Assembly: GCA_013265495.1 (NCBI GenBank)
Contig: MU057801.1
Coordinates: forward strand, 868,001-932,000
Length of the DNA stretch: 64,000 nt
Source: Vicugna vicugna
Lineage: Eukaryota
Direction: 5' to 3'
Below the pieces are notes generated by a model. The model made no database searches and was not told the origin of the DNA. It saw nothing but the letters and a program-made list of their open reading frames with translations. How positions within the stretch are numbered: position 1 is the first letter of the stretch; every line of letters starts with the position of its first letter. The position numbers were made by a program, and so were the translations under genes. This document shows, one piece after another, positions 22,545 through 35,160 of the stretch.

Positions 22545-22885
22545 TCTTAAAAAGAAAAAAGAGGACACTAAGGAACTCATCTACAAAACAGAAACAGGCT
22601 CGCAGACATAGTAGACGATCTTATGGTTAGTGAGGAAAGGGGTGGGAAGGGATAAATTTGGGAGTCTGAGATTTGCAAATGTTAGCCACTATATATAAAA
22701 ATAAATTAAAAAACAAATTTCTTCTGTACAGCACAGGGAACCATATTCAATACCTTGTAATAACCTTTAATGAAAAAGAATATGAAAACGAATATATGTT
22801 TGTACATGCATGGCTGGGACATTGTGCTGTAACCAGAAATTGACACATTGTAACTGACTATACTTAAAAAAAAAGAAAGAAAAGA
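22545..22885 (+). mobile_element. Young L1 3' end
   Basis: 'gaactcatctacaaaacagaaacagg...ccagaaattgacacattgtaactgactatactt' followed by an A-tail. Confidence 0.93.
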
Positions 22886-24319
22886 ATTGGGATGTTTTTT
22901 GAGGAGAGAGGTGGAGGGTTGGGAGCTGGAAATGAAAGAAGAAATGCATTTGCTGTGGCTGTACTGTTCGATCCTGTATCCAGCAAGAGCTGGGCTCCGA
23001 GGTGAGTTTCGCCTAATTTCCTGAAGGTGGGGATGTTGGAGCTTGGATGGGCCCCGCGGCTGTGAGCAGGGGAGGCCCCGCCTTCCCACAAGTTCAGTCT
23101 CCAAGTAAAGAGAGAAGGGCCCTGTGCTGCTGGCTTGATCTTGAGATAGCAGTGGGTACCACTTAAAAACGTACCCATTCCAATTCGTAGAAAGAATAAA
23201 CTGGATTCCAAAGCGATGTAGACATTGCTCCCAGGCAAAGAGTTGTGAAGAAACTATTTGGCAAAAGTAGATTTTATAAACTATTCACACCCCTGAGACG
23301 TTGCATTGGAAAGTCACAAGTGATGTGTGCCCCACGCTTCCTTTGGCATCTGCTTAAATGATCCAGCTCTTCCAGCGTGTCCCAAGGACCCCAGTTCAGC
23401 TCTGTAATTCACCAACACGCCTTTATTGGAAGCCTGGTAGATGCAGACTGGAACCAGCCTTTCTCAGCGCAGGGCGTGCCTGGCTATACAATTTCCGACA
23501 GCCTGAACTCCGGCTTTCCCAGCACTTAGAAAACTGGTCTCTGCCTCCTCTCCTTTCCCCCATGGGATCCTCCAGTTCCCAGTTCAAGAGCACGGTGCCT
23601 GGCAACTGAGTATTTAAGGGGTGAATGAATTAGAAAATCACACCGGAAGCAAGCCGTCCGAGGTGAAGTTAAAATGCACGTGGCGTCTGCAGGCAGGACG
23701 TTGTGGGGGAAGAGCCTTACTGGTCGTGACTCCTTGCAGTTGGGGAGTGCTTGTCCCTTGGGCAAAACTCTTCCACACTTAACGTAATTTCATTTGATTC
23801 GCTGTTAAACCTTGGATAACGTGATTAGCCTTTCTATGGCTTCATTTTTCATCCCTGGCAAAAAAAAAAGATAAAGAAAAACCAATGGATATGTACGCAA
23901 TGGATATGTCATTATCTTTTCATCAAGATGCTGTAAGAGTTATTATTGAGTAATTCCCCAGAATATTATTAGACGTCAATCTGACTATGAAAGGAGCGCC
24001 ATTACTTCTGAAGTCTTTAAAGCCTATTTGTTATGGTCGAAATGGGAAAAGCTGCCCCAATAAATTAGTACAATTCTAATATGCACGTCAAGTTACCGCC
24101 GATGGGGACTTGGCAGAACGTGCGACGGTTGGGCTTTAAAATCTTGCTGGGATGATTCTGGAAGGCAAGCCACATAGCAGATCTGCCTCTTTCTCTCTCA
24201 GGCAGCTTACTCCCTCCACCTCCAGAGCTCTGCCGGAGTGCTGTCCCAGGTAGGTGCACAGGAGTCTCATTCCTCAGGCCACGTATATATTTCTTCAGGG
24301 CGGAGGTGACAGGTGGCCC

Positions 24320-24515
24320 AGGGGTCAAGGATGTGGATTCAGAGCACTTTCCAGCTGTGGGAGCTTGGAAATTCACTCACCTCTCTGACTCCAAACTTCC
24401 TGGTTTCTCAAATGGAGATGACTCTACCTTCTCCCAGAGGGAGGGGCGGGGTCAGACCCCTGTCTGCGCACAGCACAGCACGGTGCCTGGCCTGTCACAA
24501 ACAGTCAGTGGTAAC
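24320..24515 (+). mobile_element. MIR SINE
   Basis: 'cactcacctctctgactcc...cagcacggtgcctggc'. Confidence 0.55.
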
Positions 24516-25286
24516 TGAATTTCCTTTCTCACTCGTTCCTCCGCGCCTGTAGAAACGTGAGGGACGCTGGAAAGTAACCACTGATGTTTACTGATTTGGG
24601 GAGAATGGTCCTTAAATGGTGTTTACCATCCTGATCATTCCTTCTTAGGTCTTTGCGCCCATTTCTGTATGGGGGCCAGGACGCAGGGAAAGGAAGGTGG
24701 TCGAAAGTCAGTGTATTAATGAAAACAAGTGGTTTTCTTGAGTCGGCCAGGAAGATTCTTGGCAAATTAAATATTAAACTTTGCTCTCTTAAAGTTGTTA
24801 ACATCACAAAATCAAAATAAAGGCAACAGGGGTGGGGAGTGTGGGATGTTGACTCAAAACTCCTCAGTTTCACTGATTGGCCGCATGTAACCAAGTCTGA
24901 GTTAATCAGCAGTAGTGATGTCCTGAATGCTTCAGCTCAGCAAGCAGGGTTGATTTTTAATATGAAAATCTTAGTCTAAATAATCTAGAAGAGAAATCTC
25001 TCTTGGGTGGCATCGTAGGGCAAGCACTTTGCCTCTTGGTGAGAATTCTAGGATTCCAAAACTAGATTTTCACCAGATGCTGGCATTTCTGTGAGAAAAG
25101 CCATGTAACAGCTCACGTGGGGTGAGCTGAGGGGGAGAGCAAGTGACGCCGGAAGGTCCAGGCTTCTCCAGAAGGTGTGCTTCTGCGCTGTCCAGGTCAG
25201 CCCTCTGGCAACGCAAGTCACTGTTTCTCTTCGAGGAGTTCTGCTGCTGCAGCTCTCACACCCCTCACAGCAGAAAACATTCTGAA

Positions 25287-26052
25287 AGCTGGAGGGGGTG
25301 TGGAGAAAGGGGGCCTCCTGCCCTGCTGGGGGGTGTAAACTGGTGCAGCCTTGTGGGGAACGTTATGGAGGTTCCTTAAAAAACTAAAGATGGACTTACC
25401 ATACGATCCAGCAATCCCACTCCTGGGCGTATATCCAATGGGAACTCTAATTTGAAAAGACACCTGCACCCCAATGTTCATAGCAGCACTATTTACAACA
25501 AACAAGACATGGAAACACCTAAATGTCCATTGACAGATAACTGGATAAAGAAGTTGTGGTATATACACACAATGGAATACTACTCAGCCATAAAAAAGAA
25601 TAAGATAATGCCATTTGCAGCAACATGGATGAACCTAGAGATGATCATATTAAGTGAAGTAAGTCAGACAGAGAAAGACAAATTCCACATGCTATCACTT
25701 ATATGTGGAGTCTTGAAAAATGATACAAATTCTATTTACAAACCAAAAACAGACTCACAGACATAGAAAACAAACTATGGTTACCAAAGGAGAAAGGGTT
25801 GGGGAGGGGTAAATTAGGAGTTTGGGATTAACAGATACATTACTATACATAAAATAGATAAACAACAAGGACCTGCTGTGGAGCACAGGGAACTATATTC
25901 AATATCTTATAATAACATATAATGGAAAAGAATCTGAAAAGAAAAAATATATATGTATGTGTATGTATAACTGAATCGCTTTCCTGTATACCTGAAACTA
26001 ACACTGTAAATCAACTACACTTCAATAAAAAATTAAGTTAAAAAAATTTTTT
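25287..26052 (+). mobile_element. L1, 5'-truncated, retaining a frameshifted ORF2p C-terminus
   Basis: ORF 25452-25766 reads 'PKCPLTDNWIKKLWYIHTMEYYSAIKKNKIMPFAATWMNLEMIILSEVSQTEKDK', the L1 ORF2p C-terminus. Probable TSD at 25272-25286 and 26222-26236 (13/15). Confidence 0.96.
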
Positions 26053-26059
26053 AAAAGAA

Positions 26060-26220
26060 GGGAACTATATTCAATATCTTATAGTAGCTTATTTCGAAAA
26101 AGAATATGAAAACGAATATATGTATATTCATGTAGGACTGAAGCATTGTGCTGTACACCAGAAATTGACACAACATTGTAAACTGACTGTACTTTGATAA
26201 AAAAAAAGTAAAAAAAAATA
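26060..26220 (+). mobile_element. Second short L1 3' end inserted in the A-tail of the preceding L1
   Basis: Repeats the 'gggaactatattcaatatctt' segment with a different subfamily tail; flanked by AAAGAAG on both sides. Confidence 0.88.
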
Positions 26221-26684
26221 AAGAAGACATTTTGAAGACTAAACATGATTTACCTTCCTTTCAGAGTTGCTAAGGAGGAGGGTAGGTGTCCAACTAGCTA
26301 CCACTGGAGTGGGCCTCCCCCCATGCCCTGGCTCTCCTGGGTCCTCCCCAGTTCCTCAGGAAGCCACTGACCGAGGGCCGGCAGGAGGAGGCTGGAGCCC
26401 TGACCCTCCAGTCTGCCTGGTTAGGCCCGAGGCCAGCGCTTCCAGCACCTGAACTGAAGATTCCCAGATAAAGAGCCCGAGGGGTGGGCAGAGATGATGG
26501 CCCTGTATCTGGGGGCGTGTGCAGTCTAGCTGAAGAAGAGCTGTGGAAGGATGGCCAGGAGTAACACGTTTGGTTGGTGATGCAAGAATAAGCATGTATT
26601 AAATGGTCTTTGCCCACGGACACCCCTTCATAGACCCATTAACTTTTCCTTCTACTTTCTGTTCTGCTGCCGCTGCACCTCCAT

Positions 26685-26830
26685 AAACCAGTTTCAGATC
26701 TGCAAAATGGGACAGTGATGGTGCCTGCCGGCTGGGGTTTGTGGAGGAACAATGAGGTCATTCGTGTGACCTGCACATAGTAGGTAAATGTTCAAGACAT
26801 GTTGGTTGTTGTAATTACTATTATTTAAAG
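26685..26830 (+). mobile_element. MIR SINE
   Basis: 'cagtttcagatctgcaaaatgggacagtgatggtgcctgcc...gcacatagtaggta'. Confidence 0.7.
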
Positions 26831-27599
26831 GTATTTGATGCTGAACTATAGTTGAAGGAGGCTGCTCTTTGTTGCTGGCTCCGTAGGTCATCTCCTCACA
26901 TGTATGTTCTTACCATCTGACCCACATTTCCTACGGGGACCTGGGAAGCAGCAAGAGCGACCAGGACGTGACGCAACTCTTCCACTCTCTTACCAGCATC
27001 AATCCCTTTGGGTTATATTTTAATCATTGGCTCAAACAGGTACCAAAAACTGAATTTTGGAAAATTGAGGGAGCTTAAAATAGTGGGGTGCATTAAACTG
27101 ACTGCTCTCGTGGACCTGAGGCAACGAACGTTTAAAGGAACTGATTTTGCCAGAGTGACAAAGGAGGAAACACAGCAAAGTTATTGTTATTTGAATCAAA
27201 AGCACTGTTTCCACGAAGAGCTGAGTAACTTCCTCTTTGTCTGGTTTCAGAACTCAGTTTATCTCCTTGAGATTTTGTTATTGGACCATCAATAGAATAT
27301 TGTTGCTTTTCTAACAGTTTCTTCCACTGATTCCTCTCCCCACCCCACCCCCATATTTGAAATTCTTTCTCTGTGCCAGAAACTTGGCATTTATTCCTCA
27401 TGGGGGAGTTGGCATGTGCTATAAAAATATGCTTTTCAAATTAACATTTTCATGAGAAATCTCAAGAGTAGAGCACAGCGTTTTTCTGATAAGGAAATTG
27501 ACATCTGTTCCGCTCCTAGAAGGACCCGCGCAGCAAACAGGGAGGCGGCGGGAATAGCTGTGTTTGGAGAGAGGGAGGCTGACACCTGCTTTGCTGACG

Positions 27600-27800
27600 T
27601 CTGTGTTTAAGGCGCTGTTCCCATGTCTGCACGCATCGCACTACTTCATTTCGAGCTCCCAGTGACGCTCTGGGGTGCGAGCCGCTGTCTACAGGTTACT
27701 TCTGTGGAAACTGAGGCGCAGTGAGGTTGAAACTTGGGGTGATGCTTATTAAATATCTGACTGGAATTTGAGCCCAGGTCTGTCTGACCCTGATGACACG
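27600..27800 (-). mobile_element. MIR SINE
   Basis: 'ggaaactgaggcgcagtgaggttgaa...ggaatttgagcccaggtctgtctgac'. Confidence 0.7.
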
Positions 27801-28689
27801 TGCGCCATGTCACATTGCCTCTCCAGACAGTCCAATTTTGATTTAACTGGCCATTTATTGGATGTTGGACATTATTGGATGGTTTAATTAATAATATTAA
27901 TTACTAATTTTAATTACATTTTTAGTATATAATTAATAATATTAATTTTTTTGAGCAAAAGAAATTTGGGGGGAAAAAACGCATTGCTTTCTTTTTCAGA
28001 AACTCAGCAGCCAAGGTGTTTTTCTGTCCGAGCTTCTGACCAAGAGTCAGGAAACGGTGGAAGTTTGTTCCAGGAGGAGCTGTGCCGAGCGGGGCTTTGC
28101 CGCATTGCCGGCGCAGTGAGACGGCGGGACGGTGAGGGCGTCCAGCTGACGGGGTTGCTCTGACTTGAGGACGCCTCAGCGTCGGTGCTCGGACGCCTTG
28201 GCCCCACTGTGGGCTGAAGGCTGGGAGGGGCAGGGCTTCCAGGACGACCTCCGTGGGCCTTGGAGAGCGGGGCTGGGGCTGGTGCTGTGGGATGAGCAGG
28301 GCGGGCAGTGCTTTCTTTAAAAAAAGACAGACCATTCATGCAGGTAGTGTTGACTTATGGGTCTCAGTCAGGGGTCTAGGGGCCGCCCTGACGTCCATGG
28401 CTGGAATTCAGAGGGTCTCTGAACTTGAACAAGAAAAAATTATATCATTTTCACAAATCTCTGACTGAAAGTTGTCATTTCCTTCAATTATGAATATAGA
28501 TATCAAACTACACTGGTGACAGTGGCCCCTGGGACCTTGTCTCCAGTAGAAAGCAGATCTCCCCACAGAACAGCACGGCTGTTGCAGAGCGAGCAGACCA
28601 CCGCTCATGCTCCGCACCACCTCAGATGATAAGATCACCAGCCTCACCCTTAGATCCTAGCATGTAGCATGAATAATTGAGCACACATA

Positions 28690-28840
28690 TGACCAGATCA
28701 CCCATTTACTTTTTAAAAATATTTTGATAACTGTATTTCAAAGTATTGGTTCCCTCTGTAGTTTTCTGAATTTTATTTTCTGCATTTAAAATATCATTCT
28801 GAGACTGTTTTCAGTAAAAAGAAGTTGAGATCTCAGCTTT
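28690..28840. mobile_element. hAT-Charlie DNA transposon fragment
   Basis: 'ataactgtatttcaaagtattggttccctctgta...ttttattttctgcatttaaaatatcattctgaga'. Confidence 0.6.
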
Positions 28841-31299
28841 AGAAACAAGTAATAAAAATATGCATTTAAAATGATAACGCCCTTGATACCGTTTGTTTGG
28901 TGATCTTTGGACTTCATTCAGTTTATTTCTTCAAGCTCTGCCTGTGGAGCTGTTTTAACTAAAATCTGTAACAAATTTCAGAAATCTGTATCCATTAAAG
29001 TGTTTTCACTGCTCACCATTTTGTACTGGGATGATTAAATAAACCAGGTTTTGAAATTTGCGTATGTGTTACAGGAAAAAAATTCACATCAGAGTCGGTT
29101 TTGACATCTCCAGGCAGTCTGGGTGTGAAGCTTTGGCGGGTAGTGGATTTGAAAGACCAGAGTCGGGTGAAGCAGTCTCCCTGCACTGGTCTTCCAGTGG
29201 CATTGCAGTCCCAGCCTCCCCGGAGAGCTGGCAGCCTTCCTTAGGGTCTTTTAAACCATAGTAGCAAATGCTCCCCTGCCCCCAAACAGCCTCCGCAGCA
29301 GCCTGACACTGTGCCAGGAATCTCCACAACTAACCTGATTTGGGATTCAGATATTGTGGTTTTAGAACCTCTGCTCTAAAAAAATAATGCAGGGAAGACG
29401 CACTGTTTCTCATGTTCCCAAACATTAGAAAATGCCCCTGCCACCCTCCCTCTTCCCGTACGAATTCCTCCCCCACTTCACCCTCTGAGTAGCACAGATT
29501 CCTGCCAAAGAGGGCGATCCATCTCGCTGAGAAGAGCGAGGAAGAGAAGACATCTCAGCTTCTTAAGGCTCGTTCATGTGAAAACGTTGCGATGCATGTT
29601 TTTTTCTCTCTTTGCTGAAACCTTAATTATGTGGGTCAGTCCCGGCCCCTGCCTATGAACTCCCAGTGACGCTGGTCCGCCGCACTGTGGCTTGTCTCCC
29701 CTTGGGTGAGTGTCAGTGTCCCTCTGTTAATAAAAGGTGGACATTTGTTGGCTTGTTCTACCAGCATTTCTCGGTCCAGCAGAAGTCCCTGGGCTAATGT
29801 GCCCTTTCAGGAAGCCTGGATTTTGATGCAAGTGTCTTTCCCAAGAGGGGCAGATACATTGACACCCCTTGTGCCAATAGGGTGACCATGCACCCTGCAT
29901 GCCTGTGAGAGTCCCAGGCCACCTCCACACCCGAGTGTAATGTTCAGTGTTTGGTAATGACTGTGTCAGAATGGAACAGAATACATGGAAGGGGACGGAA
30001 ATTTAGTTATGGGGTGGAAAGGGCCAGAAGAGAGTTGACTATAATTAGAAACATCACTCACTAGATGACGTTGATAAAAAACACCAGGTGCCCTTGGGCG
30101 GGGAGGGGAGGGTACAGGGGAGCATGAAGGATAAAGAAGGAAGGACCAAGAGGAATTTGACTTCCCCCAAGTGCCTTGGCCCCTGGGGCCATCTCAGTGA
30201 TTGAAACGTGCAAATTTGGGGTTTAAGGCCTCCTCCAGACCAGAGCCAGGTTTGTAAACCTTCCATTGTGGGCGGGTTGGGAAGTGACTTTACAACATCA
30301 TACCCACTGGAGATGGCAGGACTCTTCAATTCAGAGTCTTCATGTCTGCATCTCCGCTGTGTTCTGCTTCCAATCCTGCAATCCACATCCGTGCAGCTCA
30401 CGGAGGCCTGGGTTGGGCTGGGTTGGTGGTGCTCGCCCATTAAAAAGGAGCCCCCGGACCATGCAACACCGAGGAGAATGAAAAACTGAAGTCATCAGTG
30501 GTTCGGTAATCCACACTTATTGTTACTTTGTATTTTGAGCATCACCTTTTCCACTTACAAACAGTTATATTATTAAAAAGATATTTTCCAAAGATAGTAA
30601 GCTTGGCAGTGGTTGTCAAGGCTAATAGTTTGACATTTCAGATCACCCACAACTAATCAACTGAACATGGCAACACATTTGAAAAACCCATTATAGGCAG
30701 AAGGCCCTGAAGTAATATGTCAACTCCCGCACTAACAGCTGTTATGTAAACGGGCTGATTTCTCTCCGCTGAATGGTCACGTGGTTGGAGGGAGAGTGGC
30801 TTTGAAGGACGAGTGCGTGTAGCTGGGAAGGGAGATTGTGTTCTTGAATGCCACACATTTACGGGGGAGAAGCCCCTATCGCTGATGATAAAGACACTCA
30901 GTCATCTCTCACAAATGCTTTTAGGGATGTTTCTCTCTCTGAATGTAACACTCCCTGCAAGGCGTGAAGAGCTGTGACACCATTATTGCCTCCCTATTGG
31001 GGAAACGATCCTCAGGGCTCAGCAGCCCAGAGCTCTTGTCCAAGATTTCCCTGAAAGATAAGAAAAAGGAATCTGCCAGCAGTGGCCTCTGGTTTCAAAA
31101 ACTCCCAAGTCCAGACGGGCAGAGAATAAAGGGAACTAATTTCATTTCCATAATTCCTGCAGATTGTCAAGTTGTTTTGCGTGTTTGAAGAACCTCGTTC
31201 TGAGGACAGTGCTTCATCTCCGAGCCTTAGGCTAGATTTATTACTGAGTGATCTTAAAGCTCTTTGTATTTTTTTTGAAAAACAAAATAAGTCCAAGGG

Positions 31300-32045
31300 T
31301 ACTTATAAATTACTGCAAAATGACACAGAAAGGTTGAAAATAAAGGGCTGGAAAAGATATCCCAGATAAGTACTAAGCCAAAGAGAGCTGGTGGCTATAT
31401 TCATAGTAGACAAAAGTAGAATTTAGGGTAGAAAAGTGGTAATACAGGAAAAGATGGACATGACAGGGTTTTTAAAGGAAATATCCACAAATATGATAAA
31501 GCATTCATAAACCTAACAATTTCGCCTTCAAGTGTGGAAAGCAGAGGCTGACCAAGAAGGATGGATAAATACGTTTACAAACATAATGGGGGATTTTAGG
31601 CCAAATCTCAGAAGTGGAGAAATTAAAGCAAACTGAAAATTGTTCAGGATAATGGAAGCAAACAATACCACTACGCTTGACCTGAGAGATGGGCATAACC
31701 CCCCCAACCCTACAGAGAAGATGTTTTCCTTTTTTAAATATACACAAAATATTTAAGTGAAGAAATTTTCAACAAACCTCAAAGAACTGATAGAAACCTG
31801 TTCTCTGACTAAAATGAATCTTAATTAGAAATTAATACTAAAAAGACAGCCCAGACCCCTTCCACTTTTTGGAAACTGAAGGCACCCACCTAGAAAATTC
31901 ATGGGTTAAAGAAGAAACAATAATAAAAGTTTAAAAAAAATTTAGATCCAAATAACTAAACCACCACAGATCGAAACATATGTGGCAGAGCTAAGTTATA
32001 CTGAGAAGAAACTTCTTGATCTTCAGTGTGGTTATTAGAAAATGA
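31300..32045 (+). mobile_element. Ancient L1M fragment (decayed ORF2 endonuclease region)
   Basis: 'DTERLKIKGWKRY' in ORF 31172-31369 is L1 EN-like; A-rich L1 motifs throughout. Confidence 0.85.
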
Positions 32046-32052
32046 GACAGTA

Positions 32053-32605
32053 CAATAGTCAAGACATGGAAGCAACCTATGTGTCCATCAACAGAGGACT
32101 GGATAGAGAAGTAGTGGTATATCTATACAATGGAATATTACTCAGCCATAAAAAAGAATAAAATAATACCATTTGCAGCAACATGGATGGACCTGAAGAT
32201 GGTCATTCTAAGTGAAGTATGCCAGAAAGAGAAAGAAAAATACCATATGATATCATTCAGATGTAGAATCTAAAAAAAAAGAGGACATTAATGAGCTCAT
32301 CTACAAAACAGAAACAGACTCGCAGACACAGTAAACAATCTTACGGTTACCAGGGGAAAAGGGAGTGGGCAGGGATAAATCTGGGAGTTTGAGATTTGCA
32401 AAGGTTAACCACTATATATAAAAATACGTAAAAAAGCAAGTTTCTTCTGTCTAGTACAAGGAACTATATTCAATATCTTGTAATAACCTTTAATGAAAAA
32501 ATACGAATATGAATATGTGTCTATACATGCATAACTGGGATATGATGCTGTACACCAGAAATTGACATATTGTCACTGACTGTACTTCCATTAAAAAGAA
32601 AAGAA
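32053..32605 (+). mobile_element. Young L1 3' end with 16-bp TSD
   Basis: TSD AGAAAATGAG(A/G)CAGTA at 32037-32052 and 32606-32621. Confidence 0.95.
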
Positions 32606-32624
32606 AGAAAATGAGGCAGTAAGT

Positions 32625-32768
32625 GCGCCATGTGAGGACATAGTGAGAGAGCACAGACCAGGAACCTGGGAAAGAGCTTCCACCAGAGCACAGCATGCTG
32701 GCTTCTGGGTCTCGGGCTTCCCAGCCTCCAGAACTGTGAGAAATAAATGTTTGTTGTTTATAAGTCAA
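32625..32768 (+). mobile_element. MaLR LTR 3' part (MLT1A/MST-like)
   Basis: 'gccatgtgaggaca...cttcccagcctccagaactgtgagaaataaatgtttgttgtttataag'. Confidence 0.85.
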
Positions 32769-32777
32769 GAAGGGAAT

Positions 32778-32864
32778 GAAGGAAGGAAGGAAGGAAGGAA
32801 GGAAGGAAGGAAGGAAGGAAGGAAGGAAGGAAGGAAGGGAGGGAGGAAGGGAGGAAGGAAGGAA
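32778..32864. repeat. (GGAA)n microsatellite
   Basis: Seen directly. Confidence 0.97.
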
Positions 32865-34929
32865 AACTTACGTCCTAAGAGAACGAACAGCATGAAGGAA
32901 AGAATCACAACAGAAACAAGAATGAATGAGACAGGAAAAAAAGCAGAAAGTGAGTCATTTTCTGTTGCTCTTCGGAAATGCTGGTTACTGACTAACGGTG
33001 TATGATGAATACTTTATTTAAAACATGTCTTCAAACCACTCTTGGCATAGCTTTTCAAAGCGGACAGCATTTCAAGTTGTTCCATCAGAAGGAAGTTGTG
33101 CTGAGCGGGGCTGCAGGTGCATGACCCGTCAGGATGTCAGGATCTCAGGTAAAGGCGGAGGGAGGAGAGCTGGCGGCTCTGGCTCCGGCCCATCTTGGCC
33201 GTGTTTGGTGGCTTGGGATGGGACAGCTCTGCCCATGATTGGAGTTGGAAAGTTCCCGTTCATTATTTAACATTCTTCGTGACGGCGAGGCACTCGGCCC
33301 AGGCGAGACCACCTCGTGCAGTTCTCTGGTCCTTAGAAACAGTCTTGAACATCACAGACTTCACCTGAGGCCTTCCTGGTTCTGCTGAATCCACGTTGGA
33401 AGTCCCCCGCATCTCCGTTCCCGTGACCGCTGCTTTGATTATTCTGGCCAGCACCCACACTCCATCTGAGAGCCTGAATTTTGTGCCCAATTAAACACGG
33501 AATTAAAAGCTCAGAAAGGCACATCCATTATCAAAATTGGGCCTTTTCACACCCGACGCTCACTCAGAAAACCTTTCCTGGCGGACTAATAAACCCTGGG
33601 CCGGCTGTCACTCCAGCGGGGTGCTGGGGCTCGGGCGGCAGCGGGAGGTCCACGAGGCTGAACAGAATCCAAATTAGCTCAGCTCCTACGGACTAATTGA
33701 AGAGCAGGTAAGTCAGGACTGGGTTTCTGAATTCATAGCATTTCTTACAGCTTTGGAAATCTCCTAAACTTTAACGTCAGGTCAAAAGTGGCTCTGGGGC
33801 CAGGAGAGGAGAACAAGACAGGACACGAGGGTAAAGCAGATGCCTGTCCGATGCCACGGTTTTCTCCTTGTTGCCATTTTCCTGCTTAAAATGCTATGTT
33901 TACATAAACGTGTAGAATATAGAGTGAAACATATGTGGCCTTCACTTTTGGCCACAATGAAAATGTGCTCCTTAATAAAGTGGGCTGAAAAAGTAGTAAG
34001 GCTTGAAAGAGTTAAAAAAAAAAAGTCGTCAAAACTAGCTATTATTTTTGCAACCATTATGAAGCAGATCTGACTACGTTACAAGCAAACTGGGGTGAGA
34101 AGAGACCATTTCGTCTACACTAGAAGAGTAAGGAATGTACATATTTGGCTACAGAGACACTGAAACAAATGAGACTCTCACAGATGCACCCGAAGTTCTG
34201 GCATCTCTGTTCCCCCCTCTCACCCTCAATCACCCGTATCAGATGTCTCATATCCGGCGTTTTGATGGGGGGCTGAGGGTTCATGGTAAAAAGCAGCCGA
34301 ATATGGAAACGTCCTGTTCCCTGCCCTCCAGGCAGAGGAAATGGAAGGAGTCCCAGGGAATCCAGCCACCTTGTCTCCTTCTGGGTTAAGGCCGATCATC
34401 TTCCTAAACCCGAACAAGGAAACCCAAGCTCATGACCACATTGGAAACATGAGACTCTGGGTCTCCTCTAGTCGAACAAATGCAATCAGGGAACCTGATT
34501 CCACACCGTCTTCTCTTAACCTTTCTCGAAGGTGGTTTCCACTGGGATCCACCGACGAACAAGAGTAGCAGACACACCCTGTTTAGTGTCCGTGATATAC
34601 ACACCTGCCACTTCACACGCTGGTGCCGAGGACCACCTCACACAGCACAGTTACGGCTTGTTCCGCTGGTCTCAGGACGCCCCTGGACGAGGCTCTGGGC
34701 TTGGAAAGTCCGGGAGTCGGGGCGACAGGTTCTGCCCCCGACGAGGTGACTGTCCTCTCTGCACTGTGATCTTCTCCCCTGTAAAGGAAGGAAGTTAAGG
34801 CCAAGTCCTCCCGAAGGTCCTCTCCCCACTAACAAGTTACATCTTGTCGCCCTCTAAAACTCACTCCGGTGCAGGCTGAACCTTCTCCTCCAGTTTGAAG
34901 GCTAATTTTTTTTTTTAAGGAAATGATAG

Positions 34930-35160
34930 GAAAGAAAGTCCCTGGACTCTAAACTCAAACACAGATTTGAATTCCTACTCTGTAGTGTGGCATCAGTCAG
35001 ATTCCTGTCCCACTCTGACCTGCTGTTTTTTCATCTCCAGGAAAGACATAATAATATCTACCTTGCAGGTTATTCAAGAACAAAAATAGGGCGAGGTGTC
35101 TAGAGACCTGCGCGTGATGGGCAGTGAGCACTTGGGAGATCACAGGTCTTACTGTTGTTA
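34930..35160 (+). mobile_element. MIR SINE
   Basis: 'gatttgaattcctactc...ttttttcatct...ataataatatctaccttgcagg'. Confidence 0.6.

Noticed and set aside
25452..25766. 104-aa ORF with a recognisable protein motif
   Set aside because: It is the frameshifted C-terminus of L1 ORF2p in a truncated element, not a host gene.
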